DNA from: Candidatus Heimdallarchaeota archaeon | GTDB lineage: Archaea > Asgardarchaeota > Heimdallarchaeia > Heimdallarchaeales > Heimdallarchaeaceae | DNA: 64,000 nt | Direction: 5' to 3' | NCBI GenBank assembly: GCA_030603365.1 | Contig: JAUVXV010000003.1 | Span: 256,001 to 320,000 of the forward strand | In this document: positions 40,078-50,190 of the stretch, piece by piece | Numbering within the stretch: position 1 is the stretch's first letter | Layout: every line of letters begins with the position of its first letter | The notes under the pieces: generated by a model | What the model was told of the DNA's origin: nothing | Seen by the model: the letters and a program-made list of their open reading frames with translations, nothing else | Database searches by the model: none | Position numbers and translations under genes: made by a program

Positions 40078-40756
40078 CTTCTTCTTCCTCTTTACTTTTA
40101 TCTTCTTCTTGGTCGTGACTCCAGAATTGTAGTAATTTCATTGTTGAAGTCAAACCTAAGAATCCAAGTATAATGAGAAATGTGGCAAATAGATAAACAA
40201 AAAGTGCAAGATTTTCTTGCCAAATCAGTTCATTACCTTCTCCTATATATCCCCCATACCATCCTAAAATAGATGGGATGAGATATATCAGAAATCCTAA
40301 AGGAAGATAATATTGTCCTTTTCTCTCAATATACTCTTTCTTTTCAAGACTATCAATAATAAATTTCAAGAAAATGAATCCTACTACAAGAACGAGAAAA
40401 GTACCTATTAATATAGTCAAATTAACAAAAACTAAAGGCTCACTTGACCATCTATCTCCAAATTTTGTTGAGGTAAAAATTATGTTAAGGATATCTAATC
40501 CTGCAGAGATAAAGAGAAGAATTGGTGCTACAAGCCAATTTGAAATAGTGTCTTGTGATTTCCCTAATCTAATCATTCCTATTCCAAAAAGAATTAATGC
40601 ACAATCAAAAGCTGCATCTGCAATAAGTATGATTCCCTGAAAATCTATATTTACTATTGTAGTAACTGCCACTCTTATCATTTGTAATATCATTAGTATC
40701 CAAGCAGAATAAAAAAGATGCTTAGAAATGTCTTTAAGGTCACCCAAGTGAATCAC
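40070..40756 (-). CDS. Six-TM membrane protein (tandem paralog 2)
   Basis: KGQYYLPLGF matches KGQMSLPMGF of the upstream gene. Confidence 0.72.
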   Translation of the reverse strand: MIHLGDLKDISKHLFYSAWILMILQMIRVAVTTIVNIDFQGIILIADAAFDCALILFGIGMIRLGKSQDTISNWLVAPILLFISAGLDILNIIFTSTKFGDRWSSEPLVFVNLTILIGTFLVLVVGFIFLKFIIDSLEKKEYIERKGQYYLPLGFLIYLIPSILGWYGGYIGEGNELIWQENLALFVYLFATFLIILGFLGLTSTMKLLQFWSHDQEEDKSKEEEEDV

Positions 40757-41710
40757 CTACTTCTTTAGATAGGGATTTTCTTCACCACAATCAGCACAGA
40801 AAGCTGAATCCGCATCAAGCTCTAAACCACATTTAACACAGAACATTTTCTTCTTTACTGTGTCTTCTTCTATCAATAAATCTTCTATTGGTTCTGTTTC
40901 TTGTTGTGGGGCTTGAGTTTGTGGGGGTGTAAAACCTCCAAACAGTCCTCTGGATCTCCTTCCAAAGAGACCGCCACCAGCTCCTCCAGCTTGTCGTTGT
41001 TCTGCTAAAGCTTGCTTTCTTTCTTGCATCTGTTGGAATACTTCGTCTGGTATTTTGTCTAATACTAAAATTGCTCTTCTAAGATACCAGAAACCTAATA
41101 CAACAAGAATCAAAGAACCCATATCTAGAAAGTAGTTAACCCATAATAGAATATCATAACCCTCTGCAACAACAGGAGCTGCAGGGTCACTATAATCAAT
41201 GTAAGTTTCAGCTGGAATAATTATATTAATAATCATACTCAAAGCAAGAAATCCAAATCCCATTGGTAATGACATCTGACCTTTGTAAATGTTTCTTCTC
41301 TCAGTTGCATATTTGTCAAGTGACATCTTGAGTTGATAGAAACCAAATGTAAAACCTAATGTTGCGATAATCTCAGAGAGATTTGTAGGTAGGAGTGTTA
41401 ATCTTGTTATTTGTATTACTCCTGTGGCGTATAGTACGTACATTGTTTGAACTATTATGCCAATTTGTGCAGCAACAAATAATATTATCGCGGTAATAAG
41501 TATGGTTTTGTTCTTTTCTTCCTTGTAAAAACTGATAAAACCATATGCAAGCCACATAATGGCTACACTCTTGAGGACATCGAATCCTATCTGCAGATAA
41601 ATAACAGTGTCACCTACATTTAGAAAAACTATGAACATACTCACCATCATAGATAAAACATAAACCAAGGCTGCATTCGTAATGTGTTTACGGGATTTAT
41701 CGTTTATCAT
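40757..41710 (-). CDS. Six-TM membrane protein with C-terminal zinc ribbon (tandem paralog 1)
   Basis: FCVKCG..FCADCG after a Gly/Gln-rich linker. Confidence 0.78.
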   Translation of the reverse strand: MINDKSRKHITNAALVYVLSMMVSMFIVFLNVGDTVIYLQIGFDVLKSVAIMWLAYGFISFYKEEKNKTILITAIILFVAAQIGIIVQTMYVLYATGVIQITRLTLLPTNLSEIIATLGFTFGFYQLKMSLDKYATERRNIYKGQMSLPMGFGFLALSMIINIIIPAETYIDYSDPAAPVVAEGYDILLWVNYFLDMGSLILVVLGFWYLRRAILVLDKIPDEVFQQMQERKQALAEQRQAGGAGGGLFGRRSRGLFGGFTPPQTQAPQQETEPIEDLLIEEDTVKKKMFCVKCGLELDADSAFCADCGEENPYLKK

Positions 41711-41811
41711 ACTAAAACCAACTTTGTCATGTACTATTTAAACGTGCGGAGTATAGACTTCAAAACCAAGATTAAAAGGAAAATATATAAGTACTCCCAA
41801 ATAACTTCTAG

Positions 41812-42438
41812 TTGATGAGAATTTCATCTTCCCTATCTCTTCTAGCTTGCACTATTGGATTCTTAACCTTACTAATTCCTGTTTTATATGATAACCAAGG
41901 TTTTGCTTTAACTTGGATGGATATCCAAGAAACACCACCATTATGGATTTTTATCTTTACAACTCTGATTATTGCAGCTCATGATATAAAATGGGTAGAT
42001 GGGATTAAGTTCATTAGAAAATCCGATGTTAGACTTTTCAGAATTGTACTAATTGCTATTGCCATAGTAATGGCATATGCTATGGAATTGTCAGTTAATG
42101 TTAAATTAACTAATGATACTTTCTGGCAGTCTGCAATATATTTTGATGTTCCTAATGAAACTAATGTCTTGTTGGAATATAGTGTCCTTTATTACGATAT
42201 GAAGATTGTAAGAGTTTTTGATATCACTTTTAACACTGAATTGGTTTATTCTGTTTTTTCACCTACTAATCATGTTTTAATTTTCAAAAATTTCGCAGGT
42301 TTAGGATATCACTTAATGAGAGCATGTAGATTGATACTTATTTTTGCACTTATCTCGTCATTTCTAGAAAGAAGTCTAAGAATTTCCCAGATTTTACAGA
42401 AAGTTGATAGAAGTCTGTTTGAAAAATCTAAGCCTTGA
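41812..42438 (+). CDS. Hypothetical membrane protein
   Basis: About 4 hydrophobic segments. Confidence 0.6.
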   Translation: MMRISSSLSLLACTIGFLTLLIPVLYDNQGFALTWMDIQETPPLWIFIFTTLIIAAHDIKWVDGIKFIRKSDVRLFRIVLIAIAIVMAYAMELSVNVKLTNDTFWQSAIYFDVPNETNVLLEYSVLYYDMKIVRVFDITFNTELVYSVFSPTNHVLIFKNFAGLGYHLMRACRLILIFALISSFLERSLRISQILQKVDRSLFEKSKP

Positions 42439-42498
42439 TGAAAATAGTTTTTAATCCTCTTTCTTTTCCATTCTATAGCAATTCGTGCGTAGATACAT

Positions 42499-43560
42499 AT
42501 GACTTCCTACTTATTTGTACCTTACATCGCTTTACTCGTTTTAGATGATACAGGAATGTCATTACGTTGCACAAATCCAATACCTGAAATTTCTAAAGAA
42601 GAGATTATGGGTATAGGAAATTTCTACAGTCCTGTGGTTTCAGCTTCATCCCCCAATTTAGAGATATATGGGCCTCTTCCAATACCTCATTTTGAAAAAT
42701 ACCATCTACTTATAGTAACTTTCAGGAAGAAAGATTCTCTTGTAGTTGATCCTAGAACCAAATATAAAGTAAGTCTCTCATTTTGTCAGTTATTGATCTT
42801 TTATAAAAAAGAATGTGATGAAAAAGTAAAATTCGGTCATAGCCAGATTTATACTACAGTTGATATTTTTCTACAGGAATTTGATGATGTAGCCTCAATT
42901 GGTGATAATGAATTATTGAAACTAAGTGAAATGCTTATCGAAAATGTTTTGCTAGATGATCAAATTAAATCCAAAAGCATTGAAGATATTGTCAGAGACA
43001 TCGCTTCCAGGTTCAATACAATTCAACAAATATCAAATTTACTTAATAGAAGAACGAAAATTGGGATAATTTCATCAGATTCTCTTTCCTATAATTTGAT
43101 TATTCAAGCTTTATTCCATTTTCAGAATATTGACTTCATTTACCAACTAGATAGAAATGAGTTCATAACTCGTATTGATACTTATTTTATGAGGATAGTT
43201 CTAACTCTCCTATTTGATGCAGAGAAAATTGTAGGAAAAGATTTTTTCAGAGAGATGGATTATTATGTTTATCTCGCATCTTGTGAAGAAGAGCAAAGTT
43301 GTAAAAGTCATATCGAGAACATAGACTCTTTATTCGAAAGGGATCCAAAAGCGAAAGTGTATTTTGTAACCACTGAACGTGCAGAGCAACTTCCTTTGGC
43401 GCATAAGAAATATTTATTTGAAGAATCTGAAAAGAGGAAAAATCTGAAACTAATGATCTCAGTAGGTGATGTTTTTAGAACCCTTGATAATGCAATTTAT
43501 CTCATTTTGAACGATATTCTTGAATTAAGAAAAATAATTTTAGGTCATGGAAAACAATAA
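42499..43560 (+). CDS. Longin/uDENN-like domain fused to a degenerate small-GTPase-like domain
   Basis: EIYGPLPIP..IVTF..DSLVVDPR; C-terminal KIGII..DFFREMDYYVYLASCEEEQS; paralog of 16264..17265. Confidence 0.55.
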   Translation: MTSYLFVPYIALLVLDDTGMSLRCTNPIPEISKEEIMGIGNFYSPVVSASSPNLEIYGPLPIPHFEKYHLLIVTFRKKDSLVVDPRTKYKVSLSFCQLLIFYKKECDEKVKFGHSQIYTTVDIFLQEFDDVASIGDNELLKLSEMLIENVLLDDQIKSKSIEDIVRDIASRFNTIQQISNLLNRRTKIGIISSDSLSYNLIIQALFHFQNIDFIYQLDRNEFITRIDTYFMRIVLTLLFDAEKIVGKDFFREMDYYVYLASCEEEQSCKSHIENIDSLFERDPKAKVYFVTTERAEQLPLAHKKYLFEESEKRKNLKLMISVGDVFRTLDNAIYLILNDILELRKIILGHGKQ

Positions 43561-43684
43561 ATTTACTCGTGTTTTCTATCACGAATAACTGCGATAGGTT
43601 TTAAGAAACAATGTGTAAGAACTGCTGAAATTTGGAACCGCAAGAAAGTTTTTAATGCAAGAAATTTTCTTAAGATTGATTATT

Positions 43685-45634
43685 ATGGTAGTTTTTGAAG
43701 TTAATGAAGTAACTCTATATAAAATGGGTATTGGATGGTTAAGTTCTCAAGCATCATTTAAAGAGAAAGAAGTTAATTTTCCAGTTCTTGTTAAGAATCA
43801 AGATGATTTTCTTAAAACATTTCATGTTGAAGTAGCTGGAGATATATTATTGTCTTCTATAGCTTTTGATACTGAAGAAAGCAAAGGTCTTGAAATAGAT
43901 CAAGATGGAGATGCACTAACATCTATACTAAATCTTCTCTCAGGATCAAGAGTGACTGTAGATACTAAGGATGAGAAAAACATCGAAGGCAAACTCATTG
44001 GATATCAGATGATAGAAGTCAGTGAAAACACTTCTAATTTGGAAATTATTCTTTTAACTGATGATTATAAGATTAATCATATTTCATCAAATGAATTACA
44101 GAATATTCTACCCAAAGAAGAATTCTTTAAGAAAACGCTCGAAGAACAAATTGATTTACTTTCCAGAAGTAAAAAAGAAAATGTGAAAAATATCAAGATT
44201 AATTTTACTGATGAAGGAGAAAAGGATGTTACTCTTTCATATCTTTCTGAACTTCCTGCCTGGTTATCTTCATATCGAATCTATAATCTAGATGATAAAA
44301 ATGCTGTTTTTGAACTCTGGAGTTTAGTGACGAATAACTCACAGCAGGATTGGATAGATGCAAAAATCCACCTCATTACTGGATTGCCTCTGTCTTTTAG
44401 ATATGATATAAGCTCACCTTGGATTATCGATAGACCTTTCGTTCAAAGACCTAAGCAAATGGGAATCAATGTTATGACACCTGAAGCAGATTTTGATAGG
44501 GAAATAGCTAAAGAAGTAATGTCTCCTCCTTCATCAATGCCTGCATCAATAGGTAGAGCTAAGAAGATGAAAAGGTCTGCAAAAGCTTTAGCAACCACTG
44601 GTTATGGAGAAGAACCAGCAGAGGAATTATATGACTATGTATCAGTTTCTGAAGATTCTGCAGATGTTATCACTTCCACTGAAAGTGTTTCTTTTAGTCT
44701 AAAGCAATTGGTTACAATAAAAAAAGGAGAATCTGCTCTGTTACTTCTTCACTCCGCAAATATACCAAAAGAAACCATAAATATCTATAATCAACAGCAG
44801 CATGCTGTTCATCCATTCAGATCAATAGAAGTTGAAAATACTGTGGGTTATGGATGGGAAGCTGGACCAGTTACACTTTATGAAAGAGGAATCTATGCCG
44901 GAGAATCGATGCTTCCTCGAGTTCCAAAAGGAGACAAGCAAATCATTCCATATCTCGTTGAACAAGATATGATGATAAAGCAAGAAGAATTCAGCACAAT
45001 GAAGAAAATTGGTATAGCATTATCTAATCAATTTTATGTTGAAACATATCTTAACACTAAGACATTCAAACTAGCAATAGACAATAAAAGCGAGGAAGAA
45101 CTAACAGTTCTTGCTGAAGTACCAAAACTATATGGATACAAACTAAATAAGAAAAAGATGAAATTCGATTCTACTGAAACACCTAATTTCTTCCGAATAA
45201 AGATCACAATTGAGCCAAAAACAACTATTAAACTTGAGATTCCTACAGAAAGAAAAACTTCTGAAAGTGTTTCTATTGCATCAATATCTGATGATTATTT
45301 AGATGAACTGCTAAAACTAGAAACTTTGAAAGCTAATCAACTAACTATTTTAAAGAAAATAAAGCAATTACGTAAAGATAAATACAAAATTAATGAACAG
45401 ATTGATTCTGAACAATCCAACCTTAAAAGAATTGATAATGAATATCAACGAATAACTCAATCGATTAAAGTTCTTACAAGTGAAGGGGATGAAGCTAAAA
45501 CAAGATCCAAGTATGTTGAAAGAATGAATAATCTATTCGAAACGATGGAAGAAAAAAGAAAACTTCTAGAGGATCAACAGAATAGATTGGATAAGATAGA
45601 CGAAGAAATCTATAAATTGTTAGATGATCTTTAA
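43685..45634 (+). CDS. DUF4139-domain protein with C-terminal coiled coil
   Basis: VTLYKMGIG, LSYLSELPAWLSSYRI, VTNNSQQDW, EAGPVTLY. Start set after the TATA-like element at about 43648. Confidence 0.8.
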   Translation: MVVFEVNEVTLYKMGIGWLSSQASFKEKEVNFPVLVKNQDDFLKTFHVEVAGDILLSSIAFDTEESKGLEIDQDGDALTSILNLLSGSRVTVDTKDEKNIEGKLIGYQMIEVSENTSNLEIILLTDDYKINHISSNELQNILPKEEFFKKTLEEQIDLLSRSKKENVKNIKINFTDEGEKDVTLSYLSELPAWLSSYRIYNLDDKNAVFELWSLVTNNSQQDWIDAKIHLITGLPLSFRYDISSPWIIDRPFVQRPKQMGINVMTPEADFDREIAKEVMSPPSSMPASIGRAKKMKRSAKALATTGYGEEPAEELYDYVSVSEDSADVITSTESVSFSLKQLVTIKKGESALLLLHSANIPKETINIYNQQQHAVHPFRSIEVENTVGYGWEAGPVTLYERGIYAGESMLPRVPKGDKQIIPYLVEQDMMIKQEEFSTMKKIGIALSNQFYVETYLNTKTFKLAIDNKSEEELTVLAEVPKLYGYKLNKKKMKFDSTETPNFFRIKITIEPKTTIKLEIPTERKTSESVSIASISDDYLDELLKLETLKANQLTILKKIKQLRKDKYKINEQIDSEQSNLKRIDNEYQRITQSIKVLTSEGDEAKTRSKYVERMNNLFETMEEKRKLLEDQQNRLDKIDEEIYKLLDDL

Positions 45635-45648
45635 CTCTATTTTATTCC

Positions 45649-46386
45649 TTATTTATTCAATTTTACTCTACTTTCTAACCAGTCATCAATTTCGTTAAAC
45701 AGCTGTTTTCTACCAGCATCTTTTGGAATTACATGTCCTCCTTTTAAGATTTTAACAATTTTTTTATCTTCTGAATTGACTCGATTAAAAATCTTCTCAG
45801 CATGCTTGTAAGGAATGCTAGGATCTTTTTCTGCATATACTATTAAAATTGGGATTTCTATCTCCTTGATCTTTTGTTTGTTGATTTTAAAAAGTTTAAA
45901 CAGCTGTTGTACACTTTTGATTGGATAATATCCGTAGCTTTTATGGGTCTTTAATGAATTGACATCTTCCCATCCTTTTTCCTTATTCTTGTGAAGAGGA
46001 TAAATTAAGTGTACTATAGGAAAATAAGCTAATAAATTCATCCTCCAATCAGGTGAAAACGCAGGTGCTGCTAGAACTATTATGCCTTCAATGTCAGGAT
46101 TAGTAGCTCCAAGATATAACGTTATTGCGCCCCCTAAAGATAACCCACACACAAAGACTTTCTTGAATCTTTGTTTCAAACCATTTAATTTCTCTTGAGC
46201 ATAATCTGTAAATTCAAACCACTTTCGATTTTGTAAATCTTCTATAGAAGTTTCATGCCCTGGAAGAACAATATTTTCCACATAAAATTCTCTATTCCTT
46301 AGGTACTTGGCTAAAGGTTCCATTTCATAGTGGGTTCCAGTGAATCCATGAACCAGAAGAAATGCTCTATTCGAACCTTTTTCCAT
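45649..46386 (-). CDS. Carboxylesterase/monoacylglycerol lipase-like alpha/beta hydrolase
   Basis: HGFTG, LPGH, GLSLGG, EKD, GGH. Confidence 0.92.
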   Translation of the reverse strand: MEKGSNRAFLLVHGFTGTHYEMEPLAKYLRNREFYVENIVLPGHETSIEDLQNRKWFEFTDYAQEKLNGLKQRFKKVFVCGLSLGGAITLYLGATNPDIEGIIVLAAPAFSPDWRMNLLAYFPIVHLIYPLHKNKEKGWEDVNSLKTHKSYGYYPIKSVQQLFKLFKINKQKIKEIEIPILIVYAEKDPSIPYKHAEKIFNRVNSEDKKIVKILKGGHVIPKDAGRKQLFNEIDDWLESRVKLNK

Positions 46387-46491
46387 GTATGCGTATCTCC
46401 TTGTTGCTTAATAAAAATATCTAGCAGAATAAAACAGAAAAAGTTTAGAGTTATTAGAAAAACTCAAAAAGAACAACACCTAAGGTATTTC

Positions 46492-47109
46492 GTGATAAAC
46501 ACTCCTACATTCTGGGTATTAATTGGAATCATGTCAACTGTGGTTCTTATCTGGTTAATTTTGGTAATTTATAGAAGAATAAGATATGAGGTCTTTTTAG
46601 TAATTGGATTTATGCTTATAATCCTCTCTCTAACTCTCACAGATGAGTATTCAGGGCTTTATGCCTTATCAAACCAAAATGAACTTATTTATCAAATTTT
46701 TGCATTGGTAATTTCTTCATTAGCCTTATCTTTAATAATTTTAGGCTTATTCTCATCAAATAAAAGATGGATCAAGAAAAGAGGAACTGACAATCTTAAT
46801 AGTTTTAGAAATTTAGCTTTTTTTGCATATGTACGCCATCCAATAACCTTCGGTTCTATGCTGATTTCAATTTCCATGATGCTATTAATACATTCAATTC
46901 TTTCCAATGTTCTTGCAGGTTTAGCTCTAATAATCTTCACAATATCTTCTTTCGAAAAAGATGCTTTTTTGCAGAAGTTATATGGTTATCCTTACAAGGT
47001 TTATTCTCGACAAGTCCCTCGATTTAACATCTTTCATGGACTATTACGATCTTTCATCGTTGGTGAAAAGAAGAAAGGTAAAAATGATGATGTTATAATC
47101 TATGATTAA
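46492..47109 (+). CDS. Membrane methyltransferase, ICMT/PEMT (Ste14) family
   Basis: FAYVRHP, EKDAFLQKLYGYPYKVYSRQVPRF. Start assumed at GTG 46492. Confidence 0.78.
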   Translation: MINTPTFWVLIGIMSTVVLIWLILVIYRRIRYEVFLVIGFMLIILSLTLTDEYSGLYALSNQNELIYQIFALVISSLALSLIILGLFSSNKRWIKKRGTDNLNSFRNLAFFAYVRHPITFGSMLISISMMLLIHSILSNVLAGLALIIFTISSFEKDAFLQKLYGYPYKVYSRQVPRFNIFHGLLRSFIVGEKKKGKNDDVIIYD

Positions 47110-47132
47110 AAATTGAAACCAATTCTCAATAA

Positions 47133-47585
47133 TTATTTTATTATTTCTTTTATTATTGCAGGGCAGATGTCTACTATGCCTTCAATGTTTTCAATCTTCT
47201 CTATGAAAGAATTTAGTTCTTCATCATTTTTCATCCAGCATTCAAGCATAAGCATATGATCTCCACTTGACGAATATACTCTTAAAATCTCATCTATTTT
47301 TTTTAGCTTTTGAATAATCGAAATATACGTTTGAGGTGTTGTATCAATACCTAATAGAACTCTCATACCAAAACCTAATTTTTTTGGATTAACATCGATG
47401 GAATATCTTTCAATTATACCCTCCTTTTCCATCCTTCTGACACGTTTTCTGACAGCTGTTTCTGTTACTTTAAGTTCCTTTGCTATATCAACAAAAGATT
47501 TTCTACTATTCTTTAGTAGCAACTGAATTATATCATAATCAGAAATTTTATTTTGTCTTGGTAAAGCGTCTGATATTCGAACCAC
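47133..47585 (-). CDS. lrpA: Lrp/AsnC family transcriptional regulator (LrpA-like)
   Basis: [38 protein letters not shown]. Confidence 0.9.
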   Translation of the reverse strand: MVRISDALPRQNKISDYDIIQLLLKNSRKSFVDIAKELKVTETAVRKRVRRMEKEGIIERYSIDVNPKKLGFGMRVLLGIDTTPQTYISIIQKLKKIDEILRVYSSSGDHMLMLECWMKNDEELNSFIEKIENIEGIVDICPAIIKEIIK

Positions 47586-47645
47586 CTATTTTTGAAAATC
47601 GAAAAGATTTATAAAAGGATTCTCATTTTACAAATTAGTGATAAA

Positions 47646-48314
47646 ATGACTTTAAAAGAGTATGAAGAAACTGGTAAAATACCACTTATAGGAACTGAAT
47701 TTCCGAAGATGGTTGTTACTACAACTCATGGAATGAGAAAATTACCTGGTGATTACAAAGGAAAATGGTTGATTTTATTCAGTCATCCTGCTGACTATAC
47801 CCCTGTTTGTACAACAGAGTTTGTTTCTTTCCAGAAACACTATGATGAATTTCAAGAAATGAATACAGAATTACTTGGTTTAAGTATTGACCAAGTTTTC
47901 AGCCACATAAAATGGGTAGATTGGATTAAAGAAAAACTTGATGTTGAGATTAAGTTCCCAATTATTGCTGATCATGGCGAAATAGCTAGGAGATTAGGCA
48001 TGCTTCATGCTAAAGGTAGTAATACTGTGAGGGCTGTCTTTATTCTTGATCCTAAGGGCATCGTTAGAGCTATTCTCTATTATCCTTCAGAATTAGGAAG
48101 GAATATGAAAGAAATAGTAAGAATGATTAAAGCATTAAGAATTGCTTCTCAGCATGATGTTGCAATGCCTGCAAATTGGCCTGAAAATGAATTGTTTGGT
48201 GATGATGTAATAGTTCCACCTGCTAGTGATGTTGAGACAGCTAAAGAGCGTCTTAAGGATGATTCTATTACCTGCCTTGATTGGTGGCTTTGCCACAAAA
48301 AGAGACCAGCTTAA
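47646..48314 (+). CDS. Peroxiredoxin (archaeal Prx6-type)
   Basis: [31 protein letters not shown]. Start set at ATG 47646. Confidence 0.95.
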   Translation: MTLKEYEETGKIPLIGTEFPKMVVTTTHGMRKLPGDYKGKWLILFSHPADYTPVCTTEFVSFQKHYDEFQEMNTELLGLSIDQVFSHIKWVDWIKEKLDVEIKFPIIADHGEIARRLGMLHAKGSNTVRAVFILDPKGIVRAILYYPSELGRNMKEIVRMIKALRIASQHDVAMPANWPENELFGDDVIVPPASDVETAKERLKDDSITCLDWWLCHKKRPA

Positions 48315-48381
48315 TTCTCTTTTTCTTTCTTTTTATTCTTGTTTTTGGAAAATAAATATAATCTAGTATATTTTACCCTAG

Positions 48382-49227
48382 TTGATGAGTTTCAAGATAG
48401 ATTATGTTGTTACTAACGATGATCCCGAAGTAAAAATTCGTTTAGCTCTTTTTGATTCCAAGAATACTGATTATAAAAACAGAAACATAATAATTATTCC
48501 TGGTTGGTTAAGTGCAATTGATAATTATACTCCGATGGCTGAAGCTCTGCAAGAATACGGGAATGCTATTATCTATGAACCAAGAGGTTTTGGAGAATCT
48601 ATAACCCCACACAAAAAAGGTTTGTTTAGTCCAGAAGAGTATAATAAAGAACTGGGGAGAGTAATTGCGCATTTAAAGTTGAAAGATAAAGAATTTTTTA
48701 TTCTGGGGAGTTGTTCTGGTGCTTCTCAAATGTATAATTATTATCTCAATGGTGAAGGATCTAAACCTGCAGTACTAGCTGCTTTTAACTCACAAGAAAA
48801 ATACTCCATGCCATTTTTCATTCCAATACTGGGTGTGATACCCACATTTATCATGAAATTTATTCAAAAAATGATTATATTCATTTATAAATCAATCCTG
48901 AAATTGAGAAGAACAGGTGAATCACCGACTATTACTTGGGCATCTAATAGATTGAAGTTGAATGATGATTGGAGCTTGAGAAGACATGTAATAGAGTTTA
49001 CCAGAAAATATAACATTGTAGGTAGACAAAAAGAAATTGATGTTCCTTTAATTACCTTTACAGCTGAAAAGGATTATTTTGTTAATCCTGAAATCTCTAA
49101 AAAATACTTACATCACAAAGATTCAGCACTTATTATACTAAAAACTGAAATGCATAGAATACATGAAGGAAGAGAAAAGGAAATTGCTAATCATATCCAT
49201 GATTTTCTGATGAAATTAAAGAAGTAA
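48382..49227 (+). CDS. Alpha/beta hydrolase with a Cys nucleophile elbow
   Basis: IPGW, EPRGFGES, GSCSG, EKD, MH. Confidence 0.82.
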   Translation: MMSFKIDYVVTNDDPEVKIRLALFDSKNTDYKNRNIIIIPGWLSAIDNYTPMAEALQEYGNAIIYEPRGFGESITPHKKGLFSPEEYNKELGRVIAHLKLKDKEFFILGSCSGASQMYNYYLNGEGSKPAVLAAFNSQEKYSMPFFIPILGVIPTFIMKFIQKMIIFIYKSILKLRRTGESPTITWASNRLKLNDDWSLRRHVIEFTRKYNIVGRQKEIDVPLITFTAEKDYFVNPEISKKYLHHKDSALIILKTEMHRIHEGREKEIANHIHDFLMKLKK

Positions 49228-49231
49228 ATTA

Positions 49232-50098
49232 CTAAGAAATATTTGGTAGAAGAGATACTATTATTGTCCCCATTCCAGTGTTACTCCCTATAATAGGTGT
49301 TGCTAGAGTAACAAAACTTCTGTTTATTTTCCTCTTTTTTTCAAGTTTTTTTATGATGATTTGAGCTCCTTTTAGATTATTTACATGACATATTACCATA
49401 TCATAAATGGTTGAACCATCAGTTCCTTTAATCGCTAATTTAGTTAATCTATTCAGCATTGAACGATTTGTAAAGAATCCCGGTAGCCTTGATTCTAAAG
49501 ATCCTGGTCTTTCCATTTCTGCTATTGGTTTAATCCCAATAAGTTTTGTCAAATTAAGTATTATTTTAGATTTCAATCTTCCTGATTTATAGACATTGTC
49601 GAGAGTATGAAATCCAACATTAAGATAATATTTTTCTTTTGCTTTTTCAATTAACTCCTTGATTTCTTCTACTGTTTTACCCTGTTCTGCTAATTCAGCA
49701 ATTGCTAAAGCCACTAATCCTTGAACTCCAGAAGCTGATTCTGTATCAATGATGGTGACTTTATCTTTGTATTCCTTTGCTGCCACTCTAATAGACAGAA
49801 AAGTTGAACTACTTAGATTTTTAGCTACAGAAACACAGAAAACATGATTATAATTTAATTCATCAAGACTTGTTTTAATTTCATTTAGAAAATCTAAAGG
49901 TTCCGGATTTGAGGATGATGGAAGAAAATCTGATTCTTTCAATCTGTCATAGAAATCATCAACTGAAATATCGACTCCCAGTTTCCAAGGTTTGTTCTCA
50001 AAAAAGACTATATGTGGAATTTTCACAATATTATATCTCTCAAGCAACTCCTCTGGCAAATCTGCAGCTGAATCTGTTATTACTCTTATTTTCAACAC
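49232..50098 (-). CDS. DegV family fatty-acid-binding protein
   Basis: ITDSAADLP, PSSSNP, IIDTESAS, SGRL, IKPI. Confidence 0.92.
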   Translation of the reverse strand: MLKIRVITDSAADLPEELLERYNIVKIPHIVFFENKPWKLGVDISVDDFYDRLKESDFLPSSSNPEPLDFLNEIKTSLDELNYNHVFCVSVAKNLSSSTFLSIRVAAKEYKDKVTIIDTESASGVQGLVALAIAELAEQGKTVEEIKELIEKAKEKYYLNVGFHTLDNVYKSGRLKSKIILNLTKLIGIKPIAEMERPGSLESRLPGFFTNRSMLNRLTKLAIKGTDGSTIYDMVICHVNNLKGAQIIIKKLEKKRKINRSFVTLATPIIGSNTGMGTIIVSLLPNIS

Positions 50099-50190
50099 TA
50101 ATCATACACATATTCTCACATTAAATAAAAAGGGTTTTGTGTCAATTAAGATTTTTCTCAAAACTTATAATCACTAATAGAATAGTATGA

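Noticed and set aside
46492-47109. ICMT-like gene as evidence of GTPase prenylation
   Set aside because: The family is widespread in prokaryotes and the GTPase here has no CAAX/CC motif.
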